The translations under genes and the position numbers were made by a program. A DNA stretch of 64,000 nt from Octopus vulgaris (lineage: Eukaryota): NCBI GenBank assembly GCA_951406725.2, contig OX597818.1, positions 110,484,001 through 110,548,000 of the forward strand, read 5' to 3'. Below the pieces are notes generated by a model. It made no database searches. It was not told the DNA's origin and saw only the letters and a program-made list of their open reading frames with translations. Position 1 is the stretch's first letter. Each line of letters begins with the position of its first letter. Of this stretch, positions 52,244 to 64,000 are shown one piece after another.

Positions 52244-52817
52244 TGTGAATGAAATTCTTGTTTTCTAATTTCTTCTCCTAATCGTTCAGGTGTTGCATTT
52301 GTGATATTCGCAATATTTTCGTCCATGCTGATCCGATTCCTGGCCACTCTCTTCCACCTCTAAAATCTATTTATTCCACTTCTTTCGCTGTTGGCATTGC
52401 GTTGCTTTCAATTCTCGCGGTTCTTGTTAAAAAGCGTTTGTTTAGGAGTGAAGCTGTGAGTTTTAATCAAAGAATCTTTATCATATTTCATAACTGCTGC
52501 TTCTTTTATGATTTAACAACTATTGTTTTAGGCGTTCTCTCTTATTTTTTGTATTATATTTGTACTTTTGTTTCTTTTTCCTTTCTTCACTCTTTTCATT
52601 TCAGCCTTTTCGTTGTTGATTCCATTCAGAATCGAGCGATATTTTCTAGAATTTTCTATCGTTCTCTTTCTGTTTGTTTTCTTTGTTGTTTTTCTTTTGC
52701 GTTGCTTGCTTATCTTTTATATATTCTTTTAATGTGTAGGATTAAGAAAGCACTTGCTGTCTTTGTTACTACTGTGGACGCTATACAAATGATTGCATAC
52801 ATTATGTTGAAATTAAT

Positions 52818-54480
52818 ATTGGTTTCAAATTTTGGCACAAGGCCAGGAATTTCAGGGGAGGGGGTGAGTCGATTACATTGATACCACTGCTCGACTGGTA
52901 TTTATTTTATCGACTCTGAAAGTACGAAAGGTAAAGTCGACCTCGGCGGAATTTGAACGCAGAACATAAAGACGGACGAAATGCCGCAAACGGTTCTGCC
53001 AGCTCGTCGCCTTATGAAGATGAAAGTCGACTATGGTCGTACTGGAAACCTGAACGTAAAGAGCCGACAGATATACCGGTAAGCATTCTGGCCGACGCGT
53101 TAACGATTCTCCCAGGTCACCACTTTAAAGGGTTTTTTTAATATTGAAACATTGTTAATAGGCAGCGAACTGACAGAAACGTTAGCAAGCTGGGCGAAAT
53201 GCTTAGAGCTATTTCGTCTGTCTTTAAGTTCTGAGTTCAAATTCCACCGAAGTCGACTTTACCTTTCATCCTTCCGGGGTCGATAAATTAAGTACCAGTT
53301 GCGTAGTGGGGTCGATCTAATCGATTGGCCCCCTCCCCAAAAATTTCGGGCTTTGTGCCTAGAGTAGAAAAGAATATTTTAGACGGCAAATGTGGCGAGC
53401 TGGCAGAAACTGTAGTACGCCGAGTGAAATGCTCATTGTTAAAAGGCGGCGAGCTGGCAGAAACGTTAGCACACAGGACGAAATGCGTAGCCGTATTTCA
53501 TCTGCCGTTACGTTCTGAGTTCAAATTCCGCCGAGGTCGACTTTGCCTTTCATCCTTTCGGGGTCGATTAAATAAGTCCCAGTTACGCACTGGGGTCGAT
53601 ATAATCGACTCAATCCGTTTGTCTGTCCTTGTTTGTCCCCTCTGTGTTTAGCCCCTTGTGGGTAGTAAAGAAATATGTATTTCGTCTGTTTTAACGTTAT
53701 TAGTTCAAATTCCGCCAAGTCCAACTTTACCTTTCAGCCTTTCAGGCTCAATAAATTAAGTAGCAGTTGCGTACTTGGGTCGATCTAATTGACTTCCCCC
53801 TCCCCAAATTCGGGCCTTGTGCCTAGAGTAGAGAAGAATATTGAAACATTGTTTCGACGACAACCGGAGATGACTGTGGGTGTGGTGGCAAAGATTGTGT
53901 CCTTCGAGTATCAAAAATTTACAAAATATAAAGTAAGCACGTGGCCCTTAAAAGAGACAAGTGAACGACCGGCAGCTTTCAGTTAAACCTTTCTAACATT
54001 TGAACTCACCACACAATTCCTAATAGGAGAAAGGATAAATCTGATATAGTGTTAAGTGAGTGAGCTGGTGGAATTGTTAACGCACAGGGCAAAATGCTTA
54101 GCGGTATTTCGTCCGTCTTCACGTTCTGAGTTCAAACTCCGCCGACGTCGACTTTGTCTTTCATGCTCTCGGGGTCGATAAAATAAGTATCTGTTGAACA
54201 TTGGGGTCGATGTAATCGACTCATCCCCTCTCTCAAAATCGCTACCCTTGTATCAAAGTTTAAAACCATCATTATTATTACTAAAGCGGCGAGCCGGAAA
54301 AATCGTTAACACGCCAGATGCAATGCATAGCAGCATTTCGCCCGTCTCTCAGTTCTAAGTTCAAATGCCACCGAGGTCGACTTTGGTTTCTGAACTTTCG
54401 GGGGTCGAAAAATAAATACTAGTCCAGCACTGTGGTCAATGTAATCACTTTTCCCCCTACCCTAAAATTTCAGGCCTTAT
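52818..54480. mobile_element. Cluster of 7-8 SINE family B units (two minus, the rest plus, including a dimer at 53444-53840)
   Basis: Repeated GAGCTGGCAGAA / GAGTTCAAATTCC / GTCGACTTTGCCTTTCATCC motifs. Confidence 0.9.
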
Positions 54481-54605
54481 AGAAAGCAACCTCATGTCCT
54501 GCTACCCAATATGACAAAGGATAGTATTCAATATAGAGCTGTAATCCAATTTTAGCTTTCTATCTTCAAAATCACGGAGGTAGTACCATAGCCAATGAGG
54601 GCTAG

Positions 54606-54969
54606 TTACCTCCGCCTTCGTTAAGGCGGAGGTACTGTTTTCAGTGATGTTTGTTTGTCCGTGGACAAGATATCTTAAGAACCGCTGGATAGATTCGGAT
54701 GAAACTTTCAAGCATGTTTGGCCCCGTAACTGGCACGAACTGATCAGGTTTTTGGATCGATCCGATATCGGACAAGGATTCTGAATTATTTTTCCTGTTT
54801 TTTTTTTACTTAACTTTGAGAGCGGTCGGGTTCATTTTTAATATTCTCGTTTGTGAGAGCATCGAGTTTGTTTCAGATATTCTCATTTTAAAAATCATCT
54901 CTGGCTAATCGTCAAGGGGATGTTGGTGTTGCCTTGGCGGAGGTTTGCGCTCTCTGAGTGCTTTTGTTG
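54606..54969 (+). mobile_element. Helentron-associated non-autonomous element (HINE/DINE-1-like)
   Basis: 5' subterminal ACCTCCGCC with nearby inverted copy GGCGGAGGT, short (GTTT)n, 3' subterminal GGCGGAGGT followed by stem-loop GCGCTCTCTGAGTGC and a T-rich end. Confidence 0.8.
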
Positions 54970-55468
54970 AAAATTATTTTCTCATTCATATAATCCAGCA
55001 ATAACGGATTTTGAAATATGCGAAGTGCAAACACAGTGTCACTTGAAAATCTCTTTAAAAAAAATGAAAACATCCATAATTTCAAGTGGTTGAGTGAGTC
55101 ATCCCTGAGGCGTTCTATCCCCGGGAAGTTTTCATTGTCAAGGACAAGTCTAGCTGGGGGAAAAACAACCCTTTCAACTAGAATCGAATTTGCGCTGCTC
55201 ACGGCGATGTTTACGGCGATGCTTGTTCACATCCTAAATATATAAAAACTAATACAGTAGCTTCAATGACGTGAGAAATATTGAATGCTGGGATCGTAGA
55301 ATCAATGTTATGAAAAAATTTACTTATAATATTTCCAGAAATGAAACATTACACACTACAATTCCCGACAGAAAACGGTAACAGAAAGCCTTGGGCCTAA
55401 GGAGGTGGGGGGATTCTGTTTTTCTGTTTCAAGTTGGGGTTTATAATCACTAAAATATGTCGGTATAT

Positions 55469-55612
55469 AGGCACAGGCGTGACTGTGTGGTAAGAAGCTT
55501 GTTTCCCAACAACATGGTTCCGGGTTCAGGTGTCTTCTGCTATAGCCTCGAGCCAACCAAAGCATTGCGAGTGGATTTGGTAGACGGAAACTGAAAGAAG
55601 CTCGTTGGATAT
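55469..55612 (+). mobile_element. SINE family A, 5' half
   Basis: Head and core, ending at a TA-inserted MITE. Confidence 0.85.
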
Positions 55613-55615
55613 ATA

Positions 55616-55828
55616 CAGTATTCATTCGCCATATTGTAGTTCACATATCGCAGTTTATTATTTAAGATTCCTCTTTAGTGTTGTTTGGCATTTATTATAA
55701 AATAAATATATACAAATTATAAAAATAATAAAATAAAAATATACAGCACAGTACTGTTTCTCCTTCGTGGATTTTCACCTATCGCTGGGTCTTGGAACGT
55801 AACACCCGCGATAATCGAGGGATAGCTG
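55616..55828. mobile_element. pogo/Tigger-type MITE, same family as 7611-7821
   Basis: TA-CAGTATTCATTCG ... CGAGGGATAGCTG-TA. Confidence 0.7.
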
Positions 55829-55831
55829 TAT

Positions 55832-56035
55832 TCTTTTCTTTTATTTGCTTCAGGCATTTGACTGCGGCCATGCTGGAGCACCGCCTTTAGTCGAGCAAGT
55901 CGACCCCAAGACCTATTCTTTGTAAGCCTAGTACTTATTCTATCGTTCTCTTTTGCCGAACCGCCAGGTTACGAAGGCGTAAACACATAAGTATCGGTGG
56001 TCAAGCGATGTTGGGGGAGGCAAACACAGACACAT

Positions 56036-56101
<66 letters not shown>

Positions 56102-56272
56102 TTATATACGACGGGCTTCTTTCAGTTTCCGTCTACCAAATCCACTCAGAAGTCCTTGGTCGGCCCGAGGCTATACCAGAAGACACATGCCCAAGGTGCC
56201 ATGCAGTGGGACTGAACCCGGAAACATGCGGTTGGTAAGCAAGCTGCTTACCACACAGCCACTCCTGCGCCT
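55832..56272 (-). mobile_element. SINE family A, full length
   Basis: All diagnostic motifs. Confidence 0.92.
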
Positions 56273-56465
56273 GTATATGTGTGTGTGTGTATCCCACCAC
56301 TGTTTGAAAACCGGTGTTGGTGTGTTTACGTCTCCGTGCCTTAGCGACAGAATAAGTACCAGGCCTTAAAAAAGAATAAGTCCTGGGGTTGATTCATTCA
56401 ACAGAAGTTTCTTCAAGGCGATGCTCCAGCTTGGTCGCAGTCTAGTGTCTGAAACAAATAAACCG
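56273..56465 (+). mobile_element. SINE family A, 3' half
   Basis: Probable continuation of 55469-55612 after nested insertions. Confidence 0.75.
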
Positions 56466-56527
56466 AAGAAGATATATATATATCTAAAACAGTGCTAATT
56501 TTATTATCCTTAATTGCTGCTGCCACT

Positions 56528-56680
56528 GATGATGATGATGATGATGATGATGACGACGACGACGACGATGACGATGACGACGATGATGATGATGATGATG
56601 ATGACGACGACGACGATGACGATGACGACGATGATGATGATGACGATGATGATGATGATGACGATGACGATGATGATGAT

Positions 56681-56721
<41 letters not shown>

Positions 56722-56833
56722 CGATGACGATGATGATGATGCTGATGATGATGACGATGACGGTGACGACAATGATGATGATGATGATGATGACGATGAC
56801 GATGACGATGATGATGATGATGATGATGATGAC
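56528..56833. repeat. (GAT/GAC)n, about 100 triplets
   Basis: Direct reading. Confidence 0.95.
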
Positions 56834-56984
56834 TGTTAGACCTAAACCATTTGAATTATGACCAAATGCAATTCCAGCCGTGGGCGTTCTGTTTTATTTC
56901 CTGCAGATCATATTCTACATTAAGTAAGTCAAAGACTGGAATTTATAGTCTTCACTTACATTTTGATAAATATAAATATTCGTT

Positions 56985-57165
56985 ACGGCGCCGGACAAAA
57001 TACTTTGCGGCACTTCGTCTGTCTTTACGTTCTGAGTTCAAATTCCGCCGTCGTTGACTTTGCCTTCCGTCTTTTCAGAGTCGATAAACTAAGTGCCAGT
57101 CGAGCACAGGAGTCGATATAATCCCTTCACCCAAAATTGCTGGCCTTGTGCTAATTTTTGAAACC
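56985..57165 (+). mobile_element. SINE family B
   Basis: Core and tail motifs. Confidence 0.8.
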
Positions 57166-57482
57166 ATTATTAACATAATTAATGTATAATGTGTGTGTGT
57201 TGCAAAGGACCCGTTTGCATTTCTTCAAAGCCTCAAAAATAATAGTGTAATTAGGACCTTCCAATTTTATGACCGTAGCGTGTGATCTTAGGGGCATTTG
57301 ACTGCTATTTCTAGCAGTTTCAGCTACTGCTTAAATTTCCTTCCTTGATTAAACAGCGACGTTAAGGTTAGCAGAGAGGGAGACGAAACCCACGGGTGGG
57401 AGAGGGGACTGGATTGCAAACTTTTCCAGGTAAAATAAGGAATATTTCTTCGCACTGCACTCAGTTCATGAGCATTATGGCT

Positions 57483-57780
57483 TGGTTCTCCGTCGGTTAC
57501 GACGGCGAGTGTTCCAGTTGATACGATCAACGAAAAAGCTTGCTCGTGAAATGAACGTGCTAGTGACTGAGCACTCCACAGGCACGCGTGCCCTTAACGC
57601 AGTCTTCAAGGAGATTCAACATGACACAGACTGCGAGAAGGGTGGCCCTTTGAAGTTACAGATATAACTCATTTTTTTCACAACTGACTGGACTGGAGCA
57701 ACGTGAAATAATGTGTCTTGCTCAAGAACTCAACGTGTTGCCGGGAATTGAACTCACAACCTGACGGCCGTGAAGCGAAT
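57483..57780 (-). mobile_element. SINE family D
   Basis: Colinear with other copies. Confidence 0.85.
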
Positions 57781-58377
57781 ACTCTTGTCGTTACACTTTG
57801 CGCTTAACATTATAATGAGCAAATTAAGGAACCGGTATTTCGTCAATTAATGTCAAATTAAAGTGGAAGATGGAAATTTGTGCCGGAGCAGATGACTAAG
57901 AAGGGAAAATATAGAAAATGGTAAACATAATTTATGGGAAGGCGCGAAGAAATTGGTAAATAGAATGAGTAGTGAAAGAGAGAAAGGAACGAAGAAAGAA
58001 GTTAAGAAACGGTGAAGACAGATGAAAAGAAAGAGATTGGGTGTTGCCAGAGAAAATCTTCCAAGTAGAGCAGAACAGATTCTGTGAATCTAATGAGTCA
58101 GATTTTAATGGTGTGAGTCAAATTCGAGTATGCGTTGGATAACAACAACAACAACAACAACAACAGTAACAGCAGCAGCAGCAGTGCTGATAACAAGAAT
58201 AACACACCTCAGATTAGAAAAGAAAATGTCCCCTGCCAGCGGCACCGGCCCCGACTCCAACCCCGTCACCATTCACCAACGGAATAAACAAGAACAACAA
58301 CAAAATAATGCTGTTTACTAAAACAGCGGTGGAAGCACCGAGTTTGCGGTGGTTGATGGTTTCCTTGTTGACTCTAT

Positions 58378-58415
<38 letters not shown>

Positions 58416-58491
58416 AAGGTAAAAGAAAGAAAGATGATGATGATGCCGATGATAACAACAATGTTATCATCAATAGTGATGACGACGCAGG

Positions 58492-58533
<42 letters not shown>

Positions 58534-58712
58534 GGAGGAGGAGGAGGAGGAGGAGGAGGAAAATAAGAAGGAGAAGAAGAAGAAAAAGAAGGGGAAGAAG
58601 AAGAAGAAAAAGAAGGGGAAGAAGAAAAAGAAAAAAGGGGAAAAAGGAAAAGAAGGAGAAGAAGGAGAAGAAGAAGAAAAAGGAAAAGGGGGAGAAGGAA
58701 AAGAAGAAGAAG
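58378..58712. repeat. Compound (GTA)n-(GAT)n-(GAG)n-(AAG)n array
   Basis: Direct reading. Confidence 0.9.
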
Positions 58713-59148
58713 TTCAACAATATTTTCATCAGCAACAGAAGTATTGTAAGAACAACAGCACAGCATCAACATCAACTGCAGCAATAAAAGCCGGAGCGCA
58801 GCAGCAGCAGCATGCGAGACTGCAGCGAAATGTTTATGTAAACAGATGAGAGTTGCGAGAATGAGTAATAGTCGCAAGTAGAGCATAAAAAAGATTTAAA
58901 CAACAACAACAAAAAGGGATTGAACAAAAAATTATAAAAAAGATATGTCTAAATGAAATGATGGAACGGTTTAAATGGAATTACGTTCGACATATCGCTG
59001 TGTGACTGATTGGGAGTTTGTTTTGAAATGGAATCAAAATAGAAGCCGAAGCAACTGTATGTCTTAGGTTTTATTCTCGTTTTCTGGGAAGTTTTTACTT
59101 TGGTAATGAGCCTGTTACTACATGCGCGCGAACCTGTTTGGAGATGTA

Positions 59149-59529
59149 CAAGGTCTGATCAGAAAGTATCGGGACTGTTGCTATGGAAACAGAGGTAAAG
59201 TGGGCAGAGGGAAGCTTCTTGGCACGGATCGACCTTGAGCCCTGTCGCGAATGCACGAACAATAAGTTATAAAGTGCTATAGCAGTAGACGCTCAAAATG
59301 CCACACGGTGGGACTGAACCCAGAATCATGTGGTTGGGAAGCAAACTTCTTATCACACAGCCACATCTTTGAATTCAAAATCGTTTCCTGGTTAACTTGG
59401 CCCTTCATCCTCCTTCAGGCGCATGGCTCAGTTTGTTTGTGTGGTTTGTAGCAATACTTGGGAGTAGAGTGTGGTGAGTATGGTCGTCTCTCCACACCAC
59501 AGAGGTTCCATCAGTGACCATGGAAGAGA

Positions 59530-59560
<31 letters not shown>

Positions 59561-59841
59561 GAAAGACTTGAAGATTATTACGGCCAAGAATCTTTCCGAA
59601 AATCAAATCATACTTCAAAGGAAGAAGATTTCTTGACGTCAGGGAAATCAATGAGAATGCGACGAAGCAGTCGCTCGCAATCCTCGGAAATGAAGTTCTA
59701 AGAAATGCTTCCGTCGATGGAAATGGTGCTAGGTAAAGCGTGTGCTTTCAGAAGGAAACTACTTCAATGAAGATTCAATGCTGAATTATGTAGGTTTTCT
59801 TTTTATAGCATCAGATCCCGATACTTTTTAGTCAGACCTCG
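59149..59841 (+). mobile_element. Internally deleted mariner element
   Basis: TA flanks; TIRs CAAGGTCTGATCAGAAAGTATCGGGA / TCCCGATACTTTTTAGTCAGACCTCG; C-terminal KCFRRWKW..SEGNYFNED; leader matches 30375 and 31487. Confidence 0.85.
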
Positions 59842-60016
59842 TATATATTTCTATATGTAAATGGGTTTTTATTTGGGAATTTCTCTGGTGTGTCTCATTC
59901 TTTCATTTGTTTTCGGTACTGACTTGTTAGGACACAGCTACCTTCACGTGTGCTGTAGATCATATCGAACCTAGTTCTTAAATGGTAATCGTTTTTATCA
60001 AATTCTGAAGGATTTG

Positions 60017-60346
60017 TGACCCCCTTCAGTCATGAATGACCATGGGATTGCACCTAGAAAGTTACCTTCCGAAGCACAAACCCGGGCAAGGTTGTTTCAT
60101 GGAAGACCAGCAGTTGCCCATGAATACCAGCCTCCCCTCTCCATGCCACCGATGTTATCCAAGGGAAAGACAAAGGGGTCGATACAGCTTGGCACCAGTG
60201 ACATCGCAACTCATTTCTACAGCTGAGGAAATTGGATCAACATGAAATACAGTGACTTGCTCAAGAACACAACACGCAACCCGGTTCGGGGATCGAACCC
60301 ACAACCTCACGATCGTAAGCTCGCTCTAACCACTGAGCCATGCGCC
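60017..60346 (-). mobile_element. SINE family C
   Basis: Colinear with 44523-44850. Confidence 0.9.
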
Positions 60347-61421
60347 TGAAGGATGAAGGGCCAAGTTAACCAGGAAACGATTTTAAATTCAGATATATGG
60401 CTGTGTGATAAGAAGTTTGCTTCCCAACCACATGGTTCTGGGTTCAGTCCCACCGTGTGGCATTTTGAGCGCCTACTGCTATAGCACTAGATTAACCAAA
60501 GCCTTGTGAGTGGATTTGGTAGAGGAAACTGAAAGAATCCTGTCGTATGTGTGTGTGTATCTCCCCCACCATTTCTTGACAACTGGTGTCGGAGTGTTTA
60601 TGGCCCTGCAACTTAGAAGTTCGGCAAAAGAGAACGCTAGAATACGTACCAGGGTTAGAACCAGTATAAGTGTTGTGACTAATTCATTCGACTAAACATT
60701 CCTAAAGTTGGTGCCCCAGCATGACCGCTGTCTAATCTCGCAACTCATTTCTACAGCTGAGTTCACTGGAGCAACGTGAAATAAAGTGTCTTGCTCAAGA
60801 ACACAACACGCATCCCGGTCCGGGAATCGAACTCACAACCTCACGATCGTAAGCTCGACGCTCTAACCACTGAGCCATGCGCCTGAAGGATGAAGGGCCA
60901 AGTTAACCAGGAAACGATTTTAAATTCAGATATACGGCTGTGTGATAAGAAGTTTGCTTCCCAACCACATGGTTCTGGGTTCAGTCCCACCGTGTGGCAT
61001 TTTGAGCGCCTACTGCTATAGCACTAGATTAACCAAAGCCTTGTGAGTGGATTTGGTAGAGGAAACTGAAAGAATCCTGTCATATGTGTGTGTGTATCTC
61101 CCCCACCATTGCTTGACAACTGGTGTCGGAGTGTTTATGGCCCTACAACTTAGAAGTTCGGCAAAAGAGAACGCTAGAATACGTACCAGGGTTAGAACCA
61201 GTATAAGTGTTGTGACTAATTCATTCGACTAAGCATTCCTAAAGTTGGTGCCCCAGCATGACCGCTGTCTAATCTCGCAACTCATTTCTACAGCTGAGTT
61301 CACTGGAGCAACGTGAAATAAAGTGTCTTGCTCAAGAACACAACACGCATCCCGGTCCGGGAATCGAACTCACAACCTCACGATCGTAAACTCGACGCTC
61401 TAGCTACTGAGCCATGCGCCT
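60204..61421. repeat. ~537 bp tandem duplication (~2.3 units) of a SINE C head / spacer / SINE A cassette
   Basis: TCGCAACTCATTTCTACAGCTGAG at 60204, 60738 and 61275; near-identical ORFs at 60510 and 61047. Confidence 0.95.
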
Positions 61422-61422
61422 T

Positions 61423-61459
<37 letters not shown>

Positions 61460-62273
61460 GTAAAAGTAAAAAAAATATACAAACTGGGACAAGAACGTGA
61501 AACATTTAGAAGACGACACAAAAAACACGGACGGGACATTCGAAGCCCTCAATCAATTGTAAGTGTATAGAAAGCCGTGTAAAGGGGTTCCTAACCCCTC
61601 GTAGAATGGTGTAAGAATTGAATGCGAGGTTGCCTTGAAAAGAGCCATGTTATTGTTCTCATAATTGTAAGAATTTGATAGTCGTGGAAGGCGGTGTAAA
61701 ACGTTCGCAGGTGAATAGGGTCTCTTCGTTTTCCACGAACGGCAGCGGATGTGCTGTTACAAAACTTCATCCTGTGTTAAAAGAGAATGGATGCCCTATG
61801 TAGGCAAGAGGGGTATGAAGCATGAGTAAGTAAATATTGGTAATTTATAAAATATAGAACAATAGCATCTACTCATCATATGTCAGACTGGCAAGACTGT
61901 AGTGATGCTGCATAGATGAATGACAACACAGTGGTGGAGATGTTTTCCTTGATGGGCGTTATGATTAAATTTGTTGTTGTATAAAATGATCTGTTGCTTA
62001 GTTTCCAAAGTGTATGTTGCGATCGTGTTGTCGCTTATGTAAACTTGAACAGTGAGAGTGTAGATGTAGGGGGTAGATGTGTCATGTACGTTGGATATAG
62101 AGGATGAGGGTGGTGGTTTGATGATGAATGGATAGAAATAGAGGTGAGCGAAGGACAGGTGTTGATTAAGCGTGAATTAATGTCATGAAACGCCTAAAAA
62201 TGTAAATGCCATCATAAAAGAGAGTCGTATGTAAGTGAAATACTAACGTGTTCGAAAATGATGAAACGTAATC

Positions 62274-63725
62274 CTATAAAACCTCCTTCTACACAATGTT
62301 TTTTGTTTTTCGTTGTGGAACGAATGCGAAAGCATCACTGTTGCTGCCGACACGCGAGCAGGCAACATAAAGCTGACGATGAGAGAAACATGGCTCTCCC
62401 AAATGTATTCCCGCCACAGACAGTGTTTGACCCTGCGCTTTGTTAATTGACATTGCGAAACATGGCCTTACTGGGAACTGGGACCTCCGAAATATGAAAG
62501 GTAGGTCTGCTCCTGATGGGAAAAGATGCATCATAGGTATGAGCACAACGTTGCCTCGACCGCTCCCTGTGATAATGGTGGCCTCAATCAGATTGGGAGA
62601 TAAGGACTTAACGATCAAACGTGTGCCATTGCATTGTTTTTGGGGAACCAAATTTCTAATGAGCATTATAGGGGTACCAACTTTAAGTTTGAGAATGTGT
62701 GGTCGTAGTCCGGGGGGCTCAAAGGAATTGAGTACCTCTATTGGATAGCTGATGACGTCCTCTGGGTCAGGAGTTGTATCGATAGACTTATATACATAGA
62801 CATCCCCAGGAATGAGTTCTAGCATTTGACCATTAATATGGTGAACAGTTTTATTCCTCGGGGCCAGAATAGCTCTTTGGCCAATCTAATCCATATTCTG
62901 ATAATTAGCTTGTAGATCTGGGAACACTGCATCTCTGAGATCAGAAGGCGTTTTAACAATGGTACAAATGGAATCGATGGCAATATTACCATTTTCATCC
63001 CCTGGTATTTTGCCTTCGCCAAGTGCAAGGAGGGTGTGAGAAAATGCTGCTGATGTGATATCACGTCGCATATGAGCACGCATATTGGTGTGAAGTTTGA
63101 GAGTCTTCACCAGTGGCCACAATGTGGATGACTTAAGACACGCACTTACTGCATCAGCTGTAGTCCCTTTGGGAATAACGGGAAGTGTTTGTCGGAAGTC
63201 CCCTGAAAGAAGAAGTGTTATGCCTCCCATGGGAGCTGAAGAGTGTTTGATGTCTCTGAGAGATCTATCTAGTGCCTCAAGAGCACGTCTGTGGGTCATC
63301 GTGCATTAATCTCAAACGATAAGCTTGCATCGTCTGAAGACTTCTGCCTGATCGGAGCTGTTACTGATGTTGCAAGTTGGTGTCTCAGTCTTCGCTAAGT
63401 CAAGCGGGAGCTTGAAAGTGGAGTGAGCTGTCCTGCCGCCTGGCAACAAAGTAACCGCAATTCCAGATGATGCCACAGCTAGGGCAATGCCTTGTGTTCG
63501 CCTAATCTCAGCCAATATTAATTTGTTGACAAAAGTTTTCCCAGTGCCCCCAGGAGCGTCCAGGAAAAAAATCACCCCAGCTTTGGCCCGGACTGAATTA
63601 ACAACGGAGTTGTAAGCGAACTTCTGTTCTGGAAGGAGCTTTGGTTCATTGTCGGCTATGTACTCGGCAAGCTCGTCAACATTAAAACATGTCTCACGCA
63701 GCAAATATGAAGACAGAGTGTTTGT
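62274..63725 (-). pseudogene. Helitron RepHel PIF1-family helicase domain, one frame with four premature stops, 5'-truncated
   Basis: LDAPGGTGKT (Walker A), ASSGIA..GGRTAHSTFKLP, IV*D* (Walker B WDE), GDFRQTLPV, LAPRN, CNGTRL, QFPVRPCFAMSINKAQGQT, QLYVACSRV; ORFs 63312-63809, 62886-63299 and 62289-62825 share a frame. Confidence 0.92.
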
Positions 63726-63729
63726 GCCT

Positions 63730-63820
63730 ACACATGCCAAGTCACCACACAGTGGGACTGAACCCAGGACCATGTGTTTGGAACGTAGTTTGTTACCACA
63801 CAGCCACACCTGCTCCTATG
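63730..63820 (-). mobile_element. SINE family A head fragment abutting the helicase
   Basis: GGGACTGAACCC..TTACCACACAGCCAC. Confidence 0.8.
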
Positions 63821-64000
63821 TATGTGTGTGTGTGCGTATGTGTGTATGGGTAGATATATTATGCATGTATATATGTGTATATATATATATGTGTACATAT
63901 TACATGTACATCTATATATATACATCTACACATAAAATACAAAATACAAAGTTATATCTTGATATCGCTAGTGATAACAATACTCAAAATATATAAGAGA

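Noticed and set aside
52270-52881. 159 aa hydrophobic ORF
   Set aside because: T-rich antisense of A-rich sequence, possibly a decayed LINE; not a membrane protein
56413-56861. Poly-Asp / poly-Ser ORFs resembling acidic biomineral proteins
   Set aside because: (GAT/GAC)n microsatellite next to a SINE tail; no credible start, splice context or unique domain
58214-58886. Charged low-complexity ORFs
   Set aside because: Compound trinucleotide repeats; stop-free by composition
61455-62200. Possible Penelope remnant or Helitron 3' end
   Set aside because: No complete hammerhead, no hairpin-CTAG terminus and no clear protein motif seen

Overview
AT-rich, repeat-saturated eukaryotic non-coding DNA (intergenic or intronic). 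The repeat landscape suggests an octopus/coleoid cephalopod genome; this is inference from repeat style, not a database match. No host protein-coding exon, rRNA, intact tRNA or CRISPR array could be supported. Almost all ORFs in the track are translations of microsatellites or SINEs. The window holds about 50 full or partial copies of several tRNA-derived SINE families and many simple repeats. Decayed transposon coding remnants include Helitron PIF1 helicase, mariner, piggyBac, Penelope RT and RTE LINE. Non-autonomous DNA elements include Tigger-, mariner- and piggyBac-type MITEs, a Helitron and a Helentron/DINE-like element. The most notable signal is eight type-I hammerhead-ribozyme-like motifs (CUGANGA...GAAA..UH with palindromic stem III) carried by three kinds of short non-coding element embedded in (TA)n, (AC)n or (AAT)n tracts. 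Two motifs look catalytically intact, one has an unusually long stem II, and one family may be a tRNA-headed SINE ending in a Penelope-type hammerhead. Several local templated inversions and duplications are also visible. Coordinates were read by eye, so repeat boundaries are approximate.
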